From Candidatus Latescibacterota bacterium (GTDB lineage Bacteria; Latescibacterota; UBA2968; UBA8231): a stretch of DNA of 64,000 nucleotides. Under the pieces are notes generated by a model. That model was not told the origin of the DNA. It saw only the letters and a list, made by a program, of their open reading frames with translations, and did no database searches. This document shows positions 20,402-32,626 of the stretch, piece after piece (position 1 is the stretch's first letter; every line of letters begins with the position of its first letter). The position numbers and the translations under genes are program-made. The stretch spans positions 800,001 to 864,000 of the forward strand of contig CBDCXV010000011.1 of the NCBI GenBank assembly GCA_965223905.1, written 5' to 3'.

Positions 20402-22012
20402 TCAAGCGGTGTCTGGTCGCTCCATACCCCCGCGTTTTTGTCCGAATACCTCGAGGATCGCCTCGGGAACCGCATCCTGAATATCGCCTGCAACCAGCCC
20501 CCACTCCCCGATGCGGCCAGCGGCGATATCCCCGGCGCGGCCGTGCAGAAAGGCGCCACAGCATGCCGCTTCATCGATTGTCAGCCCTTGGGCGATCAGC
20601 CCTGCGATAAGCCCGGTCAGGACGTCCCCGGAGCCGGCGGTCGCCATGCCGGCATTCCCCGAGGGGCAGACGTAGGTACTTCCGTCCGGCAAACCGACAC
20701 AGGTAGGGGCGCCCTTGAGGAGGACGACGGCTCCACAGTCCTGGGCGAACCGGTTTACGTTCGCAATCGGATCCTCGGCGACTTCCTTCTTCGACAAACC
20801 GGTGAGTCGGCAGAATTCCCCCAGGTGGGGAGTCAACACCCTGTTCGGGCCCGAATCCGGTCTCCATGCGGATTCCCTGTATATATCGGAATGACCAGCC
20901 AGAGCATTCAGCCCGTCGGCGTCGACGACGGCCGGCAATTCCTCGCAGGCCAATACCCGGCGCACCAGTTCGGTGGTCTCCGGATGGGTTCCGAGACCGG
21001 GTCCGATCGCCAGCACGTTGGCGCGGGCGGCGATGCGGCGAATTTCCCCGAATGCCCTCAGGGACAGGCACCGGCGACGCCGGACCTCCGGCATGGGGCA
21101 GGTCATGGGTTCGGTCAGCTTCATCTCCAGAATGTCATTGAGGCTCTCGGGAATGGCCGCGGCAACCCGTCCCGCCCCGGTTCTGAGCGCCGTCATGGCG
21201 GTCAGTGCCGCGGCCCCGGTCATTCCCGCGGAACCGGCTACCACAACCACCGACCCGCAGTCCCCCTTGTGAGCGTTTTCCCGCCGACGCGGGATCAGTT
21301 CGGCCGCGGCCGCCTCCGAAATCAGGAACCCCGCCGCCGGAGCGGATTCAACCACCTCCTCCGGAAAACCGATTTCTACGAGGTGAAGCCGGCCGCAACG
21401 GCTGCGACCGGGGTGGAACAACTGACCGATCTTCGGGAGGCCGAAGGTGACGGTGACCGCGGCCTTTATGCTCGCACCCCGGACTTTGCCCGAATCAGCT
21501 TCGACTCCCGAGGGTATGTCGACGGAGACGACGGGTCGCCCACTGTCGTTGATCGATTCGATTATCCCTGCGGCATCATCCCGGGCAGCTCCCCGCAGTC
21601 CGGTACCCAGCAGGCAATCGACCACGAGATCGCACTCGGCGAGCATGTCCGCAGCACGGACCCCAGGAAATTCCCGTACCGATGCCCCTGTGGCGACGAG
21701 CAGGGCGTAGTGGTGGGCGGCATCGGGCGAAAACGCTGCCGGTTCGCAGGTGGTAAAGGCGTGAACGGGAACTCCCGCCTGGTGCAGCAGGCGTGCTATT
21801 GCGAAACCGTCCCCACCGTTGTTTCCCTTGCCGCAAACCACCGCGATCTCGAGCCCTTCGAGGCCGTTCCACTGGGAGCGGATCGTCTCCACTACCCGGA
21901 ACCCGGCGCGTTCCATCAACTCGATCCCGGGGATGCCGTGCCCATCGATGGTCGCCCTGTCGATGGCGGCCATCTGCCTGCCGGTAACCAGTTTGGTGCA
22001 CTCAACTCTCAT
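20402..22012 (-). CDS. nnr: Bifunctional NAD(P)H-hydrate epimerase/dehydratase
   Basis: Motifs LMERAG, CGKGNNGGDG, VDIPSG, HKGDCG, GPGLG, DADGLN, LTPHLGE and MATAGSGDVLTG. Confidence 0.95.
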   Translation of the reverse strand: MRVECTKLVTGRQMAAIDRATIDGHGIPGIELMERAGFRVVETIRSQWNGLEGLEIAVVCGKGNNGGDGFAIARLLHQAGVPVHAFTTCEPAAFSPDAAHHYALLVATGASVREFPGVRAADMLAECDLVVDCLLGTGLRGAARDDAAGIIESINDSGRPVVSVDIPSGVEADSGKVRGASIKAAVTVTFGLPKIGQLFHPGRSRCGRLHLVEIGFPEEVVESAPAAGFLISEAAAAELIPRRRENAHKGDCGSVVVVAGSAGMTGAAALTAMTALRTGAGRVAAAIPESLNDILEMKLTEPMTCPMPEVRRRRCLSLRAFGEIRRIAARANVLAIGPGLGTHPETTELVRRVLACEELPAVVDADGLNALAGHSDIYRESAWRPDSGPNRVLTPHLGEFCRLTGLSKKEVAEDPIANVNRFAQDCGAVVLLKGAPTCVGLPDGSTYVCPSGNAGMATAGSGDVLTGLIAGLIAQGLTIDEAACCGAFLHGRAGDIAAGRIGEWGLVAGDIQDAVPEAILEVFGQKRGGMERPDTA

Positions 22013-22724
22013 TACCGTTCCTCAAGGTGGAACTGCACCCCTCCGCTTCCGGGGACAGGCGTCGCACCCAGGCGCTCTCCATCAGGGCAATGGCCGCGGA
22101 GATACCGCACAGCAGTCCGATTCCCGAGGCCAGTCCGAGGAAAAGCAGACTTGCGACGAGGGCGAGTAGAACCAGCGACCGGCCCGGGTTGGCAACAACG
22201 AGGAGCAGACTGCTGCGGCTGGCGCCCCGGAGGCCGGTCACGCCGGCGAGCAACATCGGTACGACGTATAGCGAGACCAGGAATAACCCCAACAACAACC
22301 AGCCCATGAGCCCGGAAAGAACCGCTCCAAGCAATCCGCCAAGGTGGTGATAGAAGATGAGGTTGACCGCCAGCAGGCAGGTCGTCGCCATTATTGCCAG
22401 TCCCGCACTCTGGGCGCGCAGGGCGTGTTGGGGCAGCTGCCCGGCCAGGGACCTGAATGAAGCCCCGCGACCATCGAGCCACTGTTGGGATGCGAGAAAC
22501 AAAAGGACCGTCGGGGGAGCAAACCAGACGAACTCGGTGGCGAGAACGATGGCCAGCACCTGGGCATGAGGTGCCCAATCCCCCTGAAGGGCCGCCCCGT
22601 ACAGAACCGCAGCCGCGGCGACGGCGAGCCAGGGTATCGAGAACAGCGACCACAGGATGTTGATGCAGATCAGGCCACCGAAGTGGTCGTACGCGGCGCG
22701 CAGGAATTCCTTGAAAACATCCAC
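22002..22724 (-). CDS. Integral membrane protein (YesL/DUF624-like)
   Basis: About 5-6 hydrophobic helices with NILWSLFSIP-type N-terminus; overlaps the nnr start. Confidence 0.6.
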   Translation of the reverse strand: MDVFKEFLRAAYDHFGGLICINILWSLFSIPWLAVAAAAVLYGAALQGDWAPHAQVLAIVLATEFVWFAPPTVLLFLASQQWLDGRGASFRSLAGQLPQHALRAQSAGLAIMATTCLLAVNLIFYHHLGGLLGAVLSGLMGWLLLGLFLVSLYVVPMLLAGVTGLRGASRSSLLLVVANPGRSLVLLALVASLLFLGLASGIGLLCGISAAIALMESAWVRRLSPEAEGCSSTLRNGNES

Positions 22725-22730
22725 CCGCGC

Positions 22731-23966
22731 TCACACCCCCGTAAGCATGAAGTGGGCGTAGGTCTTCGCCGTGCTGGCGACATCCCGCAGGCGGACGCGC
22801 TCGTCCGCACCGTGGGCCCGCCGGCCGTCGACCCCGTAGCCGATGGCCGGAATGCCGGCTTCCTCAATGAAGAAATGGAGGTCGGTAAATCCGCTCGTGA
22901 CGCGAAATCCCGCACTGCGGCGGCGCACCGCCTTGACGGAACGGGAAAACCGCTGCGGAAGATCGTGAGCGGCATCCATCACGCAGGGGTCGATCCTCAG
23001 TGCCGTTTCGACCCGGCAGCGAACCTGCGGCTGCGTCGCCGCCCCCACGGCAATGCTGGAACGCAGCTCCCGTTCCGCCTGCCCGAGGCGCTCGTTGGGG
23101 GGAACCCGCCGATCGATGCTGAAGGAGGCATCGCCCGGAACCGTATTGACCTTCTGGCCGGTTCCTCCGAAGACCCCCCCGATATTCAGCGTCGGATAGC
23201 GGTCCTTTCCGTTGAAATCTCGGTACCTTCTCGCGGCAGTAGCCAGTTCCTTCTTGTGTCGCTGCAGGTGACCGGCAACAGCGAGCATCGCTTCAAACGC
23301 GTTGCGACCCTGGTCGGGGTTCGAGGCGTGCGCCGGTTTTCCCTGAAGGTGGACATACAGCCACATTACCCCGTTGTGACCGAGGCCTACCCGCGTGCCC
23401 GAAGCTCCCTCGCACACGACGGCGCTCTCGGCATTCACCAGTCCCTGGCGAACGATGTACCCGGCACCCAGCTCTCCGCCCGTCTCCTCGTCGGCGGTGA
23501 ATGAGCACTCGATGTTGAACGCCGGCTGCGCTCCGCTACGGCGAAGGCAATCGATGGCAGTCAGCAGGGCGACGATCGATCCCTTCATGTCTCCGGAACC
23601 GCGCCCGTACATCCAGCCGTTCTCCTCCTGTGGCTGAAAGGGGGGGAACTTCCATTTTCCCGCTGCCGGGACGACATCGTAATGAGCGTTGAAGTGGACG
23701 GTGCGCCCCGCACCCACGTCCCACCGCGCGATCAGATTGTAGCGGGGATAGCCCGCAGCGATTCCCGCCCCTTCGGCGGTATTCGCAGGCACCTGATGAA
23801 CGCGCGTCTCCATGCCGAGGCCTGCACAGGATTTCTCCAGACAGTCCACCATCTCCCCGTAGCGTTCCCCGGGAGGATTGACGGTGGGGATCGCTACCAG
23901 CCTGCGCAGCCGGGAGGCAATACGGCTGCCGGAACGATCCACCTGTTCGAGGGCTGCAAGGGTCAT
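22731..23966 (-). CDS. M20 metallopeptidase, ArgE/DapE-family deacylase
   Basis: Motifs FNAHYDVVP, YGRGSGDMKG, DEETGG and AHGADE. Confidence 0.9.
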   Translation of the reverse strand: MTLAALEQVDRSGSRIASRLRRLVAIPTVNPPGERYGEMVDCLEKSCAGLGMETRVHQVPANTAEGAGIAAGYPRYNLIARWDVGAGRTVHFNAHYDVVPAAGKWKFPPFQPQEENGWMYGRGSGDMKGSIVALLTAIDCLRRSGAQPAFNIECSFTADEETGGELGAGYIVRQGLVNAESAVVCEGASGTRVGLGHNGVMWLYVHLQGKPAHASNPDQGRNAFEAMLAVAGHLQRHKKELATAARRYRDFNGKDRYPTLNIGGVFGGTGQKVNTVPGDASFSIDRRVPPNERLGQAERELRSSIAVGAATQPQVRCRVETALRIDPCVMDAAHDLPQRFSRSVKAVRRRSAGFRVTSGFTDLHFFIEEAGIPAIGYGVDGRRAHGADERVRLRDVASTAKTYAHFMLTGV

Positions 23967-23972
23967 TCCGGT

Positions 23973-25193
23973 TCACCCGACTCCTTCCGAGGATTGTGCC
24001 GCCCCTCCGGTGGTCTCCGTTGTTTCGGACTCCCTGATCAAGGTCGAGCTCAAATCGCTGCGGAACAGGCTTTCCGGCACTTCGACGAAGAGATTCGCGA
24101 AGCGCCGGGGAAGGTCGAGGTCGCTCACGGTCGCGAACCGATTCTGTTGCAGGCGACCGGCGACGTAGAACCGGCACGAAGCCTGATCCAACTCGGACAG
24201 AGCTTCGGACACCGCCGCTTCGCGGCCCCCGTAATAGGCAGTATCGAGCAGCCGTACCGCGGTATCGTAGCCGATGGCGAAATGGCAGCCGGGAAAGAGG
24301 CGCGCTTTTTCAACAAAGGTGGCTGCCCTGGTTACGAAGACCGGCAGCGAGGTCGTGTTCAGCCTGGCGAGGACTTCTGCGTAGGTCAATTCTGGTTTGT
24401 CGACGTTGGCGATCGACAGTTCCAGCATGGGGGGGAGTCCGCTCAACTCCCCCGCGGCCCGCGCCAACCCCAGATGACCTTCGTGTTGAGGATTGAAGGA
24501 GCCTGACAGAAGCAGACGCTCATCCGCTCGGGTTGGTTTTGCGGGTTTCCCGCCGGCACCGGTGGAGGGCGGATTCCAGACGGCTACCTCCCGCTCTCCA
24601 CACATGACATCTTCGATTTCCGCCACTACGGGGAGACGGCGGCGGCGGAGCTCCCACCAGGATTGCGAGCAGGGGTATGCAGGAACCGAAACTCCGCATG
24701 CCCGGGCAAGTGCGAAAACCAGTTCCCTGCTCAACACATCCTCCTGATCGAGGCGGCCGGCTTTCCCCTTCTCGAAGGCAATCGACAAGGTCTCGTAGGA
24801 ATCTCGGGAGCGCACCGCGATCCGGGCTCTGTCCTCGCCCCGCCGCTTGCGGGTCGTAGCGAGAGCGGCTGTGCAGCCTGCGCCGATGCAGTCGGGAGCT
24901 GCCCCCCCCGTCGGACCTGCACTGACGAGTTCCACGGTCCGGCAATAGGCGCGGTGGGCCATCAGCCGCGCGGTCTCCTCATTGACCGGAAACGGTCTCG
25001 GCAGACTCAGGAAGCCTTGGAGGGCGCCGGGGTGGTAGGGCACCTGCACCTCGACGACGGCGCGCGAGGCACCCGGGTGATTCACCAGCCACGGAATCGC
25101 GACGCTCCCCCCGCCGGTGGCCGCCAGGCCGATCCTGGTGGCGGAACCGATGATGCCCTCGACGGCATCCCAGATCTGGCGCGGAGTGCTCAA
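23973..25193 (-). CDS. CinA/PncC-like domain fused to an HxGH nucleotidyltransferase-like domain
   Basis: N-terminal ATGGGS...PGASRAVVE...GAGCTAAL; C-terminal SGSFNPQHEGH, ELSIANVDKP, FVEKARLFP, IGYDTAVRL and DLSSTLIR. Confidence 0.7.
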   Translation of the reverse strand: MSTPRQIWDAVEGIIGSATRIGLAATGGGSVAIPWLVNHPGASRAVVEVQVPYHPGALQGFLSLPRPFPVNEETARLMAHRAYCRTVELVSAGPTGGAAPDCIGAGCTAALATTRKRRGEDRARIAVRSRDSYETLSIAFEKGKAGRLDQEDVLSRELVFALARACGVSVPAYPCSQSWWELRRRRLPVVAEIEDVMCGEREVAVWNPPSTGAGGKPAKPTRADERLLLSGSFNPQHEGHLGLARAAGELSGLPPMLELSIANVDKPELTYAEVLARLNTTSLPVFVTRAATFVEKARLFPGCHFAIGYDTAVRLLDTAYYGGREAAVSEALSELDQASCRFYVAGRLQQNRFATVSDLDLPRRFANLFVEVPESLFRSDLSSTLIRESETTETTGGAAQSSEGVG

Positions 25194-25238
25194 TGAACCA
25201 GTCGCGAGGACGCGTCGGCAGTCGGAACGCCTGCAGTC

Positions 25239-26663
25239 TCACTCTGCCAACGACAGGGCATAATCGAACACGCCCCGAACACCCCACCCGAGGAGGAACA
25301 GTCCGCTGGCGATATTGAGAACGAGAAGGGGCCGCTTCATCTGCAATTCTGGCGGTAGGAAGCGGCGGTCTGTCCAGACCATCAGAAGGCACCAGAGTCC
25401 GCACGTCAGCACGCCGCCGAAGATGGCCGCCGGGGTTACGATCTGAACGGGATTCCCCCCCAGCCACATGATGGCGACTCCAAAAATGCCGCAGTAGGCG
25501 ACCACCCAGATCCGCAATTGCGACAAGGGCATGTCCCTGACCTTTGCTACTAGCGGTCGCAGACACTCATGGGTCGTGCGCACGTACAGCTCGTAGGCTC
25601 CCATGATCGTCCCCATGAAGGCGATGAAGATGCCGACCTGGTAGAGATATAGAAGGCGGGGATCCAGCCGGGTCAGGAATTCCGCCTGCACCGAGAGCAG
25701 CTGCAGGCCGGAGGGAACGATCTGCTGCGGATGGAGGATGACGGCCCCGAGGATCATGAACGCCATCGTGAACAGGACGATACAGGCGAAGGATCCCACG
25801 GAATCGATGAGAGGTGCGCGCAGCCAGATCCGCCCCCTTTCCAGGTTGTCCGGTTGTTCGTTCAACGGAACCCCGGAGGAGCCCCCGATCACGCGCTTGC
25901 CCAGCAGTCCCCAGCCCTTCTCACGCAGCATCCCGATATAGCCGAAATAATCCTGGGTGCCCCCGCCGATGGCGCCGAGATAGGTACCGAGCTCGATCCA
26001 GGGGGACCGCGACCCCACTTCGGGGTATTTCTCCAGCAGCCATGGCTGATACGCCGGAATGCTCGGCACGATTGTCCCGTATGCTACGGCCAGCCAGTCG
26101 GGATCGGTGACGAAGACCGCGATCAGTATGAAGACCAGGAGCAGACCCACGATCAGGGTTTGGACGCGCTCGAGCATTGCGTAGCTCTGCACCATGGTCA
26201 AGGCGATAGCGGCGGCCACAAAGGCAGTGCCCCAAACCCGCGGATCCCCCCACACCTGCTGTTCCCCGAGGCCGAAGATCCAGACCGTGAGGCCACCCAG
26301 CATCTTCGGCAGCCCCGACAACCAAAGTGGGAAGCAGAGCAGGGTGCCGATTACCAGGACCCACACCGCCCAGCTTTGCGGTCCGGGCAGGTGCTTCCAG
26401 CGCTCGATCGGATGCTCCCCTGTCAGCGTGATGTAGCGGGCGGCGCTGTAGACCTGGACGAATTTCATGATGCCGCCGCCGACGAAACACCACAGCAAGG
26501 CATATCCGAACACCGCCCCCCCGCGGGAGGCGAAAACCGTCTCCCCGCTGCCGATGGTGACCGAGGCGATGATAGCTCCCGGACCGAAGAATTTCAGACA
26601 GGCCCAGGGGCTGCGGCGGCGCAGCGTTTCAGGCGGTTCGGGGTAACTCAGGGGCTGGGGCAT
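25239..26663 (-). CDS. Nramp-like (APC superfamily) transporter
   Basis: GPGAIIASVTIGSGET...GGAVFGYALLW motif and about 11 transmembrane helices; start MPQPLSYP. Confidence 0.82.
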   Translation of the reverse strand: MPQPLSYPEPPETLRRRSPWACLKFFGPGAIIASVTIGSGETVFASRGGAVFGYALLWCFVGGGIMKFVQVYSAARYITLTGEHPIERWKHLPGPQSWAVWVLVIGTLLCFPLWLSGLPKMLGGLTVWIFGLGEQQVWGDPRVWGTAFVAAAIALTMVQSYAMLERVQTLIVGLLLVFILIAVFVTDPDWLAVAYGTIVPSIPAYQPWLLEKYPEVGSRSPWIELGTYLGAIGGGTQDYFGYIGMLREKGWGLLGKRVIGGSSGVPLNEQPDNLERGRIWLRAPLIDSVGSFACIVLFTMAFMILGAVILHPQQIVPSGLQLLSVQAEFLTRLDPRLLYLYQVGIFIAFMGTIMGAYELYVRTTHECLRPLVAKVRDMPLSQLRIWVVAYCGIFGVAIMWLGGNPVQIVTPAAIFGGVLTCGLWCLLMVWTDRRFLPPELQMKRPLLVLNIASGLFLLGWGVRGVFDYALSLAE

Positions 26664-26741
26664 TCGGGAAGGGCTCGGTGTCGGCGGTCGGCATCCGGAG
26701 GTATGGCCTGCCGCGGGTCGATGTGGTGAAATCGGGCGTCC

Positions 26742-26770
26742 ATTATATCGGGGCCCCGGCGGGATGTCAA
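26742..26770 (-). promoter_or_regulatory. Consensus sigma70 promoter for the Nramp...nnr gene cluster
   Basis: TTGACA-17 bp-TATAAT on the minus strand. Confidence 0.75.
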
Positions 26771-26994
26771 TCGCCATTCGAACCCGCAACCGGCGGCTGA
26801 CGGGGGCTCGATATCGCTCTCCACGGTGGTTGACACTTCACGCCCCACCACCTTAACGTACCGGAACATTCCGGCTTGAAGTTCAGATTCTGCGCCGCTT
26901 TTCATTCGGCTCAGCACCGGCTCCTGGAGCCGGTTGCCCGGCTTCGCCTGCAAGGCGACCTCACCACGACTCCTGGACCAGGGGGGACATTCCC

Positions 26995-29250
<2,256 letters not shown>

Positions 29251-29256
29251 GCAGAC

Positions 29257-29835
29257 ATGGACCTGCAGCGGATCGAAGTCAAGTTCTATCTCGAGGAAGG
29301 ATCGTCGATAAGCGCCGATGATGCCTTTCGCGTCTTCAACGCCTGGATTCCGGAAACGAGCGCAGAAACCCTCGTCGACGTCGCCGACTACAGCCATGTT
29401 CCCGACGGACCGCGAACGCTGCTTGTCGGGCACGAGCACAACTACGCACTCGACTGCAGTGACCGCCGCCTTGGACTGTACTGCGCCCGCAAGATAGAAA
29501 TCGGTGGAGGGATCGAGGAACGCCTTCGCTCCGCCTTGATGACTACACTCCAGGCATGCCGAAGGCTGGAAAGGGAATCGGGGCTCGCCGGGAAGGTTCG
29601 CTTCCGCGGGGATGAGCTTTTGTTGACTGTCAACGACCGGCTCAACGCACCCAACACCGAGGAGACGGCTTCGGTGCTGGAACCGCATCTCCGCTCCGTC
29701 CTCGGCAGCATATATCCGGGCGCAGAGGTTGCCACCGATCGCGACCCCGACCCCAGGCAGCGCTTCACCCTGCGAATCAAGGTCGCCGGGGATTTCGATG
29801 TCGACACGCTGCTGGCAAACGTTCGTGGCGATTGA
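29257..29835 (+). CDS. Hypothetical protein coupled to the nitrite/sulfite reductase
   Basis: Starts 6 bp downstream of the reductase; globular sequence with VDVADYSHVPDGP..LLVGHE and NDRLNAPN. Confidence 0.75.
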   Translation: MDLQRIEVKFYLEEGSSISADDAFRVFNAWIPETSAETLVDVADYSHVPDGPRTLLVGHEHNYALDCSDRRLGLYCARKIEIGGGIEERLRSALMTTLQACRRLERESGLAGKVRFRGDELLLTVNDRLNAPNTEETASVLEPHLRSVLGSIYPGAEVATDRDPDPRQRFTLRIKVAGDFDVDTLLANVRGD

Positions 29836-30060
29836 TCCGACACCTTCGCCAATCGAACCCCTCCCCCTTGCTGCCGCTTCTGCAACGACCTGCTTGCCGG
29901 AAACCCGGGTAATCTTCTCCCTTCCCTCTCCCCTGTGAATGGCGGGAGTCGTGCTCGCGGCCCGTTTTCTTGACAGTTCTATTTCCCCTCTGTATATACG
30001 AACTATCCGGTTGTTATTTCGCCGCTGGGACAATTTCTGACAAAAAGCAGGAGGGAATAA

Positions 30061-30312
30061 ATGACGTACGTCATCGCCGAGCCGTGTATCGATGTAAAGG
30101 ACAAGGGCTGTGTCGAGGTTTGTCCCGTCGATTGCATTCATCCCACGGACGGTGAGGGTGTCAACATGCTCTACATCGACCCTGACGAGTGCATCGACTG
30201 TGGGGCCTGCGAGCCGGAGTGCCCGGTAGAAGCGATCTTCGCCGAGGAAGATCTCCCCGAAGAGTGGCACAACTATATCGAGATCAACGCCAACTACTTC
30301 AAGAACAAGTAA
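30061..30312 (+). CDS. Ferredoxin (FdxA-like dicluster)
   Basis: [26 protein letters not shown]...[13 protein letters not shown]; strong RBS and upstream TTGACA-17-TATATA. Confidence 0.95.
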   Translation: MTYVIAEPCIDVKDKGCVEVCPVDCIHPTDGEGVNMLYIDPDECIDCGACEPECPVEAIFAEEDLPEEWHNYIEINANYFKNK

Positions 30313-30527
30313 CCGTCGACCAATTCGTTCGATTGCAGGCAGTGGCGACTCGCCACTGCCTTTTTTCGTGCCTGGCGCAACCGGCATTCCCCCCCGTGCG
30401 GGGGCGACATCCGGCGTTATATGAGGATCCGGGCCGTGTTGACGTTTTCGGCAATCGGCCTCTATCTTTCCCGGCTTATCATAGGACTCGAATAACGTCA
30501 CGCCCCGGGGCGGCAGCTGAGACGACC

Positions 30528-31622
30528 ATGGCGCAAAAGCAGAAATCGAAGACATCCGGCAAAAGGAAGACGGCCAAGTCCCCGGTGAAAAAAGCCGGGA
30601 ACTCTGGAAAGATCCCCCCTGCCCGTACCGGCTCAGGCCCCGTCCGCCGCCGGGAAACAGCGAAGATCGACTCCGATTTGGCTTGGGGTATGTACAGGAG
30701 GATGTGGGAGATACGCAAGTTCGAAGAACATGTATGGGACGTGTACACCCGCGGACTGATGCCGGGGCTGGCGCATCTGTACATAGGGGAAGAGGGGGTC
30801 GCAGTGGGCGCCTGTTCGGCCCTTCGCGAGGAGGACTACATCACCAGCACCCACCGAGGACACGGCCATTGCCTCGCGAAGGGAGCTGCCCTGGACCGGA
30901 TGATGGCGGAGATCATGGGCAAGGAAGCCGGATACTGCCGCGGCAAGGGTGGATCGATGCATATCGCCGACTTCTCCGCAGGCAACCTCGGTGCCAACGG
31001 CATTGTCGGGGGGAGCTTCGGCATCGCCACCGGTGCGGCACTGTCTGCCAAGATGCGCGGCTCAAACCAGGTTGCCCTCTGTTTCTTCGGTGACGGAGCC
31101 GCGAATCAAGGCATCCTTCTCGAGACCGTGAACATGGCCGTCATCTGGGGGCTGCCGGTGGTCTACATCTGCGAAAACAACCAGTACGGGGAGCACACTC
31201 CATTCGACAAGGTCACCGGGGTCGATCAGATAGTAAAGCGGGCCGCCGGACTGGGGTTGGAGGGTGTCCGGCTCGACGGTTCCGATGTGGTCGAAATGTA
31301 CAGGGGAGTTTCCAAGGCGGTGGAGAAAGCACGCAGTGGCAACGGCCCGACCTTCATCGAAGCCGACACCTACCGGTATCGAGGGCATCACGTCGGCGAC
31401 GACGCCGGGTACCGCACCAAAGAGGAGCTCGACTGGTGGATGCAGAACAAGGATCCGATCAACCGCCTTGGGGAGCAGATGATCGCCTGGAAGATGGCGA
31501 GCAAGTCGGAGCTGAAGACGCTCGAAGAACAGGTCGAAGACGAAGTCGTCGAAGCGGTTGAGTTCGGACGCAACGCCGAACTGCCGCCGCCGGAACAGGC
31601 CTTTGAGGATATCTATGCCTGA
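30528..31622 (+). CDS. TPP-dependent dehydrogenase E1 alpha subunit (acetoin/pyruvate dehydrogenase type)
   Basis: Motifs HLYIGEE, STHRGHGH, GKGGSMH, FFGDGAANQG, CENNQYG and YRYRGHH; Lys-rich N-terminal extension. Confidence 0.92.
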   Translation: MAQKQKSKTSGKRKTAKSPVKKAGNSGKIPPARTGSGPVRRRETAKIDSDLAWGMYRRMWEIRKFEEHVWDVYTRGLMPGLAHLYIGEEGVAVGACSALREEDYITSTHRGHGHCLAKGAALDRMMAEIMGKEAGYCRGKGGSMHIADFSAGNLGANGIVGGSFGIATGAALSAKMRGSNQVALCFFGDGAANQGILLETVNMAVIWGLPVVYICENNQYGEHTPFDKVTGVDQIVKRAAGLGLEGVRLDGSDVVEMYRGVSKAVEKARSGNGPTFIEADTYRYRGHHVGDDAGYRTKEELDWWMQNKDPINRLGEQMIAWKMASKSELKTLEEQVEDEVVEAVEFGRNAELPPPEQAFEDIYA

Positions 31623-32613
31623 GATCGCCGAAATCAGTTTCAGAGAGGCCATCATCGAGGCTATGGCCGAGGAAATGCGTCGCGACGAGACAGTCTTCCT
31701 TATGGGCGAGGATGTCGGCAAATCGGGCGGCATCTTCAAGTGCAGCGAGGGACTGTTCGAGGAGTTCGGCGGGGAACGGGTTATCGATGCTCCCATCGCG
31801 GAGGCTGGCTACATCGGTGTAAGCGTCGGTGCGGCGATGACGGGAATGCGTCCAATTGCAGAACTGATGTTCGGCGACTTTTCCCTGTTGACGATGGACC
31901 AGTTGGTAAACCAGGCCGCCAAGGTCCGCTACATGACCGGGGGCCAGTGCAAGGTCTGCCTGACAGTGCGTCTTTCGATGGGTGCAGGGCGTTCTTCCGC
32001 CGCCCAGCACTCGCAGAGTCTGCACGCCTTGTTTGCCCACATCCCCGGGCTCAAGGTCGCTGTGCCCTCCTGTCCCGAAGACGTGAAGGGGCTCCTCAAG
32101 ACCGCCATTCGCGACGACAACCCGGTGCTCGTTTTCGAAGACAAGATGATGTACAACGATGTCGGTCCGGTACCTCGCCAGGAGTACACCATACCGTTCG
32201 GGGAGGCGGCGATCCGCCGCGAAGGCAGCGATGTCACCCTGATCGGAACGTCGAGCATGGTTGGAGTTGCACTCGAAGCGGCCACGGCCCTGGAAGCCGA
32301 AAGCATCAGTGCCGAAGTCCTCGACCCCCGCACCCTGTTCCCGCTGGATACCGAAACGATGGTCGCGTCAGTGCGAAAAACGGGGTACGCCGTCGTCATC
32401 GACGAGGGTTCCGCCCGCTACGGAGTCACCGGCGAGATCGCCTCCCGAATAAGCGAGGCCGCCTTCGATTACCTCGACGCGCCGGTGATGCGAATCGCCG
32501 CTGCGGATGTTCCCGTGCCCTTCAGTCCGTCCCTCGAAATGCCCACCATTCCCAGTGTCGACCAGGTCATCGAGGCCGTCCGCTCGATGAGGGGAAAACC
32601 TGTGCTCGCTTGA
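31615..32613 (+). CDS. TPP-dependent dehydrogenase E1 beta subunit
   Basis: Motifs MGEDVG, DAPIAEAG, NQAAK, AAQHSQS, IRDDNPV and FDYLDAPV. Confidence 0.92.
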   Translation: MPEIAEISFREAIIEAMAEEMRRDETVFLMGEDVGKSGGIFKCSEGLFEEFGGERVIDAPIAEAGYIGVSVGAAMTGMRPIAELMFGDFSLLTMDQLVNQAAKVRYMTGGQCKVCLTVRLSMGAGRSSAAQHSQSLHALFAHIPGLKVAVPSCPEDVKGLLKTAIRDDNPVLVFEDKMMYNDVGPVPRQEYTIPFGEAAIRREGSDVTLIGTSSMVGVALEAATALEAESISAEVLDPRTLFPLDTETMVASVRKTGYAVVIDEGSARYGVTGEIASRISEAAFDYLDAPVMRIAAADVPVPFSPSLEMPTIPSVDQVIEAVRSMRGKPVLA

Positions 32614-32626
32614 CCGGCGAGCGCAT

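Noticed and set aside
20252-22309. 685-aa plus-strand ORF
   Set aside because: Antisense shadow of nnr.
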